From IMG/VR virus record IMGVR_UViG_3300044732_000293, positions 36,842 to 100,841 of that record: a DNA stretch of 64,000 bases. The stretch is one strand, 5' to 3'. Under the pieces are notes generated by a model that was not told the DNA's origin, ran no database searches, and saw nothing but the letters and a program-made list of their open reading frames with translations. Below, piece after piece: positions 57,566 through 64,000 of this stretch (position 1 is the first letter of the stretch; every line of letters begins with the position of its first letter). Position numbers and translations under genes: made by a program. The stretch is from a virus.

Positions 57566-59073
57566 TATTTACCTTTTGAATCTACATTAAATATTCTTGC
57601 ACCATCAAATACTACTGCTTGACCAGCTTCAGAATACTTTTTCATAGTTTCTTTGTTAAAGTGATCAAATCTTGCTCCTTTAACACCTATAAAGAAAGCT
57701 TTTTCTGAATAACTATGACAGCTATCTTCAGCATCTGTAATAACTAATGCATTATCAGGATGTCTCTTGATATGATCTACTACTACATTAATTGATGTTC
57801 CACCACTAGTTCCTAGATTTGCTATTGAAAATAAGTCTGTTTTAAGTTCTCTTACCGAGTTGTTAAATATGTAAATCTTATTTAACATACCTAAATCTTG
57901 CATCTTAAGAGCAAATGCTTTACAGAAGTCTAGCTTATCTATTCTTGTTCCATCAACAGCTCCTACGCCACAACTATCAGACATTGAACCAGATACGTCT
58001 ATATAGATATTAATCTTACCTATAGACTTAGTATCTTTAATCATAATGTCTTCAATCATGAACTTTCTTAGTTTTGGATGTAAAAATACAAATTCATCTA
58101 ATCCTGCTATATTATCAGAGTTAAATAAGTCTTCATGGATTGTTTCTTTCTTAGCAGAAAAATAGTTTTTGGACTTATCCATTAACTTCTTAATCTTGTC
58201 TTTAAGAGAGCCCATAGACATGTTTATTCTTCTAATATCTGCAGCAACTTCTTTAATATATTCAGGACTTAGTTTACCTGCACCACCACCTTCTTTAACG
58301 TTATTAAACATTTCATCTTGAAGGTCTTGTGGAATAGACTCATCCATTGCTTTACACGTATCTTGAGCGTCTTGTATAGCGTCATCCATCATATTTTTAG
58401 ATAATCTATTGTCAAGCATTTTGTTTATAAGGTCATCCATACCTTGATTATCAAAGTCTGAATCACCGTTAAGACCGCTCATTAATTGCTTAGCTGCATC
58501 TGGATCTATATATTCTAACATAGTCATCTGCATAATATAATAATGCATCAGATTTCTAGTAAAGACTGCTGACTTAAGGCTGCTTGTTTCTGTCATAATT
58601 TTACCTACTGGATTATTAGAACGTTCTAAAAACTTATACTGTGTATAGTTTTTATCTGTACGCTCTTCAAACTCTAGTTTGTCCATTTTATGATAGAACA
58701 TTTTAAAGATATCATTCTTTACATGAGTTGGAAACTTTTTATAAGTCTCTGACATCTTTTTGTGAAATGCTTGCCAGTCAGGCTTTTGATCATCTTGTAA
58801 ACTACTAAATCCTGCACTTTTTGCAAATCTTTGATAGTATTTACTAGTATTATTAGGGTCATTTACATGAGTATCAACTACTGTCTTTAATCTTTTCTCA
58901 TCTATATAATGCATGTGAGGTTTGATAAGATCCATCTTTTTATAAAAGTTTAACTTACCAAATAAACCTTCACTATCTTTATAATGAGATTGTATTTCTC
59001 CCTTTTTTACTTTCTCTAGGATGGTATAAACATTCTTATACTGCTTTCCTGTACTGAGACTTCTTAGTGCCAT
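57562..59073 (-). CDS. VWA-domain protein (MoxR/RavA partner, ViaA-like)
   Basis: MIDAS DVSGSMS, SGGT, VITD; adjacent to the MoxR ATPase. Confidence 0.8.
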   Translation of the reverse strand: MALRSLSTGKQYKNVYTILEKVKKGEIQSHYKDSEGLFGKLNFYKKMDLIKPHMHYIDEKRLKTVVDTHVNDPNNTSKYYQRFAKSAGFSSLQDDQKPDWQAFHKKMSETYKKFPTHVKNDIFKMFYHKMDKLEFEERTDKNYTQYKFLERSNNPVGKIMTETSSLKSAVFTRNLMHYYIMQMTMLEYIDPDAAKQLMSGLNGDSDFDNQGMDDLINKMLDNRLSKNMMDDAIQDAQDTCKAMDESIPQDLQDEMFNNVKEGGGAGKLSPEYIKEVAADIRRINMSMGSLKDKIKKLMDKSKNYFSAKKETIHEDLFNSDNIAGLDEFVFLHPKLRKFMIEDIMIKDTKSIGKINIYIDVSGSMSDSCGVGAVDGTRIDKLDFCKAFALKMQDLGMLNKIYIFNNSVRELKTDLFSIANLGTSGGTSINVVVDHIKRHPDNALVITDAEDSCHSYSEKAFFIGVKGARFDHFNKETMKKYSEAGQAVVFDGARIFNVDSKGKY

Positions 59074-59217
59074 TTTATTAATTTTTAGGGTTATTATTTA
59101 GAGTGGGCTCACCAGCCATAGAAAATACTTCTTTCATTTGACCAGTGAGCTCATCTAAACGATATACTATTCCGTCCTTTAAATAGACGTAACCTCTTAT
59201 ATGTATATAACCCTGTT

Positions 59218-60873
59218 CTAAAAAGGGATAGTAATATTTGTTTGCATCATAGCATCAGTTACTACTTCAGATGCTACTTCTCCTTCAGCCATCATAGCTT
59301 CAAAGTCTTCAGTCACTTGATTTTCTCTAGCAGGATGACTTTGTAAAATATACTGCATTGATAATTCAATTTCTTCTACTTGACCTTCATCCATGATACC
59401 ACGAGAAGTGTATGTATTGATTAAACCTTCAATCTCAGCAATAGCTAGTTCTAATTGCTCATTAGAGCTATGAGAATGTAACATCTCTACCTTAGACATA
59501 ACTGCTTTAATTTCTGGACTCATCAACTTATTTTGTAACTCTGAACCTGCGGCTTGAGAAATCATAATCTGAGCTGTCTTTACAAGAGCTTTATCAAGAC
59601 TAATATCCCAGATGTAACTAACAGCCTTAGTTAAACTAGGTACAAATGTTAATGTACGATCTGAGCTATTTTGATAACCTACTTCTAGATACTTCTCTAA
59701 TTTGTTTGGTGGTACTTCTAAGCTTTCAATTTCTTGCTTATTAGGTACACCAATAGAGAATTTCTCTTTATAGTTACGAGCTCCCTTGCTAAAGTATTTA
59801 GCTAATTCACCTGCAGATACACGGTTAACAGTCATCTTCAACATGAAACGGTCCCAGAATGGAGATCCAATCTCATCTTTAGGAATTTCATTACATGTAG
59901 CTACAAATAATTTCCACTTACATGGAATCTTGTGCTTACCGTTAAATAAGAACTTCTCGTTCATTACACCTAACATAGCATTTCTAATACCAGAGCTAGC
60001 TTTATCTACCTCATTGATGATAACAATCTCTGCATCAGCAATTGGTGTATTAAGATCATACTCATTATTAGTAAATAACTTACCTAAATCAGGCATACCC
60101 TTGATCTCTGAAGCCTTAGTACCTTCGTCTGTCTCAAGAATATAAATCTTGTTTGCAAAGTCTTCTGGAGACATATTACCGTCTCTGTTTAACCATGCTT
60201 TGGCATAGTCAATAATTGTTTTAGTTTTAGCTACTCCCGGTTGACCTACAAGAAGACATGGTAATCCTGTAGCTTCTGCTAGTGCTAGCATTTTAAACAC
60301 TTCTTCTTTATTGATTAATGAAGTGTCAATTGTTCTTACTTCCTGAGTAGTTTTCTTTGTAATAGATTTTACTTTAGACATGTTATTTTGTTTGTATTTG
60401 AAATTTTGTGGAGCATTGGGATCAACGCTAATATCTGATATTTGTGATTCTATAGTAGGTGTACTAAAAACTATATTAGGAGAAACAGTTCCTGATATAA
60501 CATATTTAGCTTTAACCCAACGTTGTACACCTGTAGAGGAAGATCTAACTTCCCATGTATTACCATCATTACCTGTCATTTGTGTACCTACTGGATACAT
60601 TGTAGCACTAGCCGTAGGACTAGGTCTACTTTGTAAAGGAGGATTTATCTTTACAGGAGTTCTTAATGCCGGATTAGAGGCTTGCAAAAGCTGAGAGGTC
60701 TGAGGTTGCTCCTGCATGGACTTCTGCTTTTCCTCGTTCAGCATTTGTGTTACTGTCTCTAGATAAGCTTGTACTTCCTTGGTTCCCATCATCAAATCTT
60801 TCGTCAATCTTAGGTAAGCTTTCCATATTGAATGCATCTGAGGAGTTGTTAGCTCCATTGGCGGTTGTTCCAT
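59218..60873 (-). CDS. MoxR/RavA-like AAA+ ATPase (551 aa; alternative start at 60381 gives 387 aa)
   Basis: LLVGQPGVAKT, IINEVDKA, RNAML..MNEK, ATCNE.P, PFWDRF, SDR. Confidence 0.85.
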   Translation of the reverse strand: MEQPPMELTTPQMHSIWKAYLRLTKDLMMGTKEVQAYLETVTQMLNEEKQKSMQEQPQTSQLLQASNPALRTPVKINPPLQSRPSPTASATMYPVGTQMTGNDGNTWEVRSSSTGVQRWVKAKYVISGTVSPNIVFSTPTIESQISDISVDPNAPQNFKYKQNNMSKVKSITKKTTQEVRTIDTSLINKEEVFKMLALAEATGLPCLLVGQPGVAKTKTIIDYAKAWLNRDGNMSPEDFANKIYILETDEGTKASEIKGMPDLGKLFTNNEYDLNTPIADAEIVIINEVDKASSGIRNAMLGVMNEKFLFNGKHKIPCKWKLFVATCNEIPKDEIGSPFWDRFMLKMTVNRVSAGELAKYFSKGARNYKEKFSIGVPNKQEIESLEVPPNKLEKYLEVGYQNSSDRTLTFVPSLTKAVSYIWDISLDKALVKTAQIMISQAAGSELQNKLMSPEIKAVMSKVEMLHSHSSNEQLELAIAEIEGLINTYTSRGIMDEGQVEEIELSMQYILQSHPARENQVTEDFEAMMAEGEVASEVVTDAMMQTNITIPF

Positions 60874-61099
60874 TAGTTTGTTTGTTTCTATTAGTAATTA
60901 CAAATACTTTAGCTATTGTATCTACATCTTTTAAATCAGGATGTTTTTGAATAGTTTTGATATGAATATCTAGAGCATTAAATTTCTCTTGGATAGAACC
61001 ATATCCTAAATCGTCTTTCTTAAACCAAGTGTAACCACTGTGTAATAGTTCAATAATGTCTTGTACATCTACTGAAACGTTTTCTTTTTGAATAGCCAT
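60674..61099 (-). CDS. Hypothetical protein with disordered C-terminal half
   Basis: 141 aa; A-rich start; overlaps the long ATPase ORF by 200 nt in another frame. Confidence 0.6.
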   Translation of the reverse strand: MAIQKENVSVDVQDIIELLHSGYTWFKKDDLGYGSIQEKFNALDIHIKTIQKHPDLKDVDTIAKVFVITNRNKQTNGTTANGANNSSDAFNMESLPKIDERFDDGNQGSTSLSRDSNTNAERGKAEVHAGATSDLSAFASL

Positions 61100-61117
61100 A
61101 AATTTGTTTTTAATTGA

Positions 61118-61834
61118 TTACCAATTGATTGTAAATTGTGGACCATTACATTTTGTAATAATCTCATTAACCTTATTGAAAAGATCATTGCATTCCCATA
61201 CTGTTTTAGTATAGGCAGCTGATGCTGGATGGCTAGCTTTAATTATGTAATGATTAGGACCTATAAAGTTTTCAAACTCTTGTGAAGGTTTTCCTAATAA
61301 TACAAATATCAAACCACTATCTGTAAAATTTAGCATGTCTAATACATACATTACAAAGTCATTCCATACATCATAATGAGAACCTATCTTATCTACCTCA
61401 CAAGTGAGAGCTTTATTTAATAAAAGCACACCTTGATTGGCCCAACGTGTAAGATTTGGATCTTGATAAGTTGGAAACTCTTGATATACAGTCTTTTCAA
61501 TGGCCTCAAACATGTTTCGTAGACTAGGCTGAGGTTTATCTGTGTTACCACATGAAAAAGCTAGTCCGTCTGCTACACCTAGTTGAGGGTAAGGATCTTG
61601 TCCTATTATAATTACACGCAATTTGTCTACAGGGCATTCTTCAAATGCTCTAAAGACTTGTTTAAGAGGAGGAGTAAATCTTTTACCTGACTCTCTTAAA
61701 TCATATAAATTTTGAAGTATTTTATCAAAATCAGAGGACTGTATAAAACCTTTAAGTTTATCTGCCCAACCTGATTCTTTTAACTTTTCTATAAGTTTGC
61801 ACTTTATATCTGCTAGATCTACTGTTTGTAACAT
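61118..61834 (-). CDS. ung: Uracil-DNA glycosylase family 1
   Basis: IIGQDPY, ADGLAFS, PSLRN, WANQGVLLLN, SHPAS. Confidence 0.93.
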   Translation of the reverse strand: MLQTVDLADIKCKLIEKLKESGWADKLKGFIQSSDFDKILQNLYDLRESGKRFTPPLKQVFRAFEECPVDKLRVIIIGQDPYPQLGVADGLAFSCGNTDKPQPSLRNMFEAIEKTVYQEFPTYQDPNLTRWANQGVLLLNKALTCEVDKIGSHYDVWNDFVMYVLDMLNFTDSGLIFVLLGKPSQEFENFIGPNHYIIKASHPASAAYTKTVWECNDLFNKVNEIITKCNGPQFTINW

Positions 61835-61842
61835 AAATTAGT

Positions 61843-61850
61843 TATTTTTG
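61843..61850 (+). promoter_or_regulatory. Bacteroidetes sigmaA-type -7 element (TATTTTTG)
   Basis: TAnnTTTG 15 nt upstream of the ATG at 61866. Confidence 0.5.
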
Positions 61851-61865
61851 TATAAATACACCCAT

Positions 61866-62162
61866 ATGGCTACATACACCGCAATTAAAAGAGATACTAC
61901 GTTTCCAATTGAAGTTGGAGGTAACACTTTAGTCAATCTTCAGAAACTTTTACTATATGTTATAGAAGGAAAGACTGAAGAACAGATTCTTAAAGCACAA
62001 GAGCTTATAATGAAGAATCAGTATCCTGAAGAATGGATTGAACATTTTGCTTTCTTATCTTTTTTTGTAAGACACTTAGAAGTAGTTGCTCAAACTAAAG
62101 GATTAACTGTTCAAGAAGATCTTGATAAATCTACATCAACGGGTGATTTACCTCTTGACTAA
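61866..62162 (+). CDS. Hypothetical protein, lone + strand gene
   Basis: 98 aa from MATYT; occupies the gap between two - strand genes; has its own -7 element. Confidence 0.65.
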   Translation: MATYTAIKRDTTFPIEVGGNTLVNLQKLLLYVIEGKTEEQILKAQELIMKNQYPEEWIEHFAFLSFFVRHLEVVAQTKGLTVQEDLDKSTSTGDLPLD

Positions 62163-62526
62163 TTTCTATTGCTGCTTGTATAGCTAGTGATAGCTCATCT
62201 TTAGAACATTCTGCAAAGCTTTTGGCTAAGAAGTATTCTTTGCCTGCTACTTCTCTGGCTATACATAATCCAGCTCTATCTTTTACTAAGATCTTCATAT
62301 TTTCTACAGTCTCACCAATGTGTGTTGCTAACTGTTTTAACATTACATGTAACTTAGCAAGCTGAGGAAGTGTACCATCATCGTGTGTCACTTCATAAAA
62401 GAATTCTACTATACTATTCTCAGGTACATTTGATACAAATAGCTCAAACTGTTTAGATGTTGCAAGACTACTAAAATCTAAACGTCCACCTTTTTTAATA
62501 AATTTACCTGTTAAATGATTACTCAT
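62131..62526 (-). CDS. Hypothetical protein (NinB-like, weak)
   Basis: T..Q...LH.ML..LA..IG....MK..VK ... KSFA.CSK.EL...I. Confidence 0.45.
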   Translation of the reverse strand: MSNHLTGKFIKKGGRLDFSSLATSKQFELFVSNVPENSIVEFFYEVTHDDGTLPQLAKLHVMLKQLATHIGETVENMKILVKDRAGLCIAREVAGKEYFLAKSFAECSKDELSLAIQAAIEISQEVNHPLM

Positions 62527-63625
62527 ACTCTTCTGTATTTATATCAAAGTATTTAATTTTTCTATCATCCAAATCTTTTAAAGCTTCCATTACCCATCTT
62601 TCATCTACAGTACCACTATAACATAGTATGTGTATATATGCAGTGTCATTTGGGTTAAGTCTCAATAATCTACCAATTCTTTGTGAAGATTTTCTTTCGT
62701 TACCATAAGCATGCATAATTATACCTGCTCTAAGATTAGGAATATTAACACCTTCATTAAGTTGCATCACACAAGATAGTTCTTCAATGTTTCCATCTTT
62801 AAACTGCTGTAAATTATTTTCAGACTCTGGATTAGTAGAATGATAAGAATATTTACATATTCTATCTGCTTGGTCTTGTGTATTGCAAAAGACAATACAC
62901 TTGTCTTCTATATCTTGTAAAAGCTTTTTAGCATAATCTTCCTTGGTTCTAAATTCCATTAAAGCTCTCATTCTCATTACAGAAGCAATCTGCTCTTGTT
63001 TTTTGGATTGAGAGTCCATAATTCTTTTAGTCCAGTATTCATAGTTCTTACGTTCTGATGTATAAAATCTGCTGGCTTTTGTTTCTACAAGCATGTTATT
63101 TCTTGTAGATATAGGCATCTTATGTACTATAATTCTATAGTCATTAAGAATATCATCATCTACAGCATCATCAGTAATATATTTATATTGCACAGGACAG
63201 TATTTAGACACCATCTCACCTTTTTCAGATTTTGCATATCTAGGAGGTGTGCCGGTAAGGCCTAATATTCTACCTGTAAAATTAGCTAAGAATATTTCAT
63301 GAGTGTATAGTAAACTATGACATTCATCTAATACAAGCATATCGTAGTCATTAGGATTGAACTTGTTTAAAGATAGATACGTAGTAAATTCTACATTAGC
63401 TATACTAATATTAAACTTAACAGCATCATCTTTCCATGATTCAAAAATAGATAGCTTAGGAGCTACCACTAACACTTTTAAATGTAAGTTGGTAGCTCTA
63501 AAATTATCTATATATTTTAATCCTATGAGAGTTTTACCAACACCCATAGATATACCTAAACCACAGCGTTTATGCTTGATAGCCATATCTAAAGCTTCTT
63601 GTTGGATACTTTCTCTTTTAGACAT
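62519..63625 (-). CDS. Superfamily 2 helicase
   Basis: MGVGKT, DECH, LGLTGTP, LNEGVNIP, QRIGRLLR. Confidence 0.9.
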   Translation of the reverse strand: MSKRESIQQEALDMAIKHKRCGLGISMGVGKTLIGLKYIDNFRATNLHLKVLVVAPKLSIFESWKDDAVKFNISIANVEFTTYLSLNKFNPNDYDMLVLDECHSLLYTHEIFLANFTGRILGLTGTPPRYAKSEKGEMVSKYCPVQYKYITDDAVDDDILNDYRIIVHKMPISTRNNMLVETKASRFYTSERKNYEYWTKRIMDSQSKKQEQIASVMRMRALMEFRTKEDYAKKLLQDIEDKCIVFCNTQDQADRICKYSYHSTNPESENNLQQFKDGNIEELSCVMQLNEGVNIPNLRAGIIMHAYGNERKSSQRIGRLLRLNPNDTAYIHILCYSGTVDERWVMEALKDLDDRKIKYFDINTEEYE

Positions 63626-63942
63626 TATAACGTTGTTTGATTTTGTTTTTCTAACTCGTCTTTAAACGCTTTAGCTTGATAATAAGTATCTATATTCTGA
63701 TAAGCTTGATAGATAATTCTTAAGTTATCCATTACTTGATTATCAGCATATCTAATTACATCATGTAGATTATTTTTCATAAAAGCTTGTACAAAGCTTC
63801 CACCATGATCAATAATCTTATCTCTATGTAATAAGATGTTAATGATTATAAACTGTACATGATCTGAGATTGTATACTGATTTCTTGAAGCCCAATCAAT
63901 TACTAGATGAGCATACGTCTCTTTTAATTTTTCAAATGTCAT
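63625..63942 (-). CDS. Hypothetical protein
   Basis: 105 aa; GGSFVQA...NNL....AD motif. Confidence 0.6.
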   Translation of the reverse strand: MTFEKLKETYAHLVIDWASRNQYTISDHVQFIIINILLHRDKIIDHGGSFVQAFMKNNLHDVIRYADNQVMDNLRIIYQAYQNIDTYYQAKAFKDELEKQNQTTL

Positions 63943-63944
63943 AT

Positions 63945-64000
63945 TTAATTGTTTAAACGTGATTCAGATAGTCCTAGTTCTTTAGCTTCATTTGGATTTT
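63945..64000 (-). CDS. C-terminal end of a gene truncated by the window edge
   Basis: ...NPNEAKELGLSESRLNN*; stop is 2 nt before the next start. Confidence 0.4.
   Translation of the reverse strand, partial: NPNEAKELGLSESRLNN

Noticed and set aside
59078-59160. GGTGAGCCCACT resembling a tRNA 3' end
   Set aside because: No T-loop, anticodon arm or CCA; better explained as a hairpin within the -1 ORF.
1-64000. Stop-codon reassignment (TAG/TGA), known in some crAss-like lineages
   Set aside because: Genes are intact and densely packed under the standard code, and TAG and TGA both act as real stops at gene junctions.
1-64000. CRISPR array, tRNA/rRNA genes, integrase/transposase, introns or inteins, reverse transcriptase/DGR
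   Set aside because: No spaced direct repeats, cloverleafs or diagnostic motifs seen by eye. PolB, helicases and RNAP appear uninterrupted. A tRNA scan was not run.

Overview
A 64-kb AT-rich, densely coded segment of a crAss-like (Crassvirales-type) phage genome read in the standard code. The host is probably a Bacteroidetes: TAnnTTTG -7 promoters, A-rich starts without Shine-Dalgarno sites, and Gln at +1 after signal peptides. It has four blocks. (1) 1-30125 (+): virion and ejected proteins, namely the end of a tail-stabilisation protein, two cargo proteins punctuated by x-x-x-G-G motifs, two mid-size proteins, and three giant proteins. The middle giant is a 3119-aa virion RNA polymerase (DFDIDK) with a zincin motif. 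(2) 30129-48687 (-): nucleotide metabolism, repair and replication (dcd, thioredoxin, metallophosphoesterase, spore-photoproduct-lyase-like radical SAM, dNMP kinase, PolB, PD-(D/E)XK nuclease, HNH, primase, SSB-like, Sak4-like, DnaB-like, DnaA-CTD-like). (3) 48802-57565 (+): lysis cassette with a GH19 endolysin, then a cell-envelope module (two CsgG-like paralogues, an exported cohesin/dockerin-like protein, a lipoprotein, membrane proteins and a beta-barrel). (4) 57562-64000 (mostly -): VWA plus MoxR ATPase, UDG and SF2 helicase. The strongest leads are: the three giant proteins contain only 4 Cys in 6468 aa, all at gene-to-gene junctions (possible head-to-tail disulfide chain); a GG-delimited polyprotein; the envelope/secretion module; and a candidate -1 frameshift at the end of the MoxR gene. 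All family calls come from motif recognition by eye; no database search was run.
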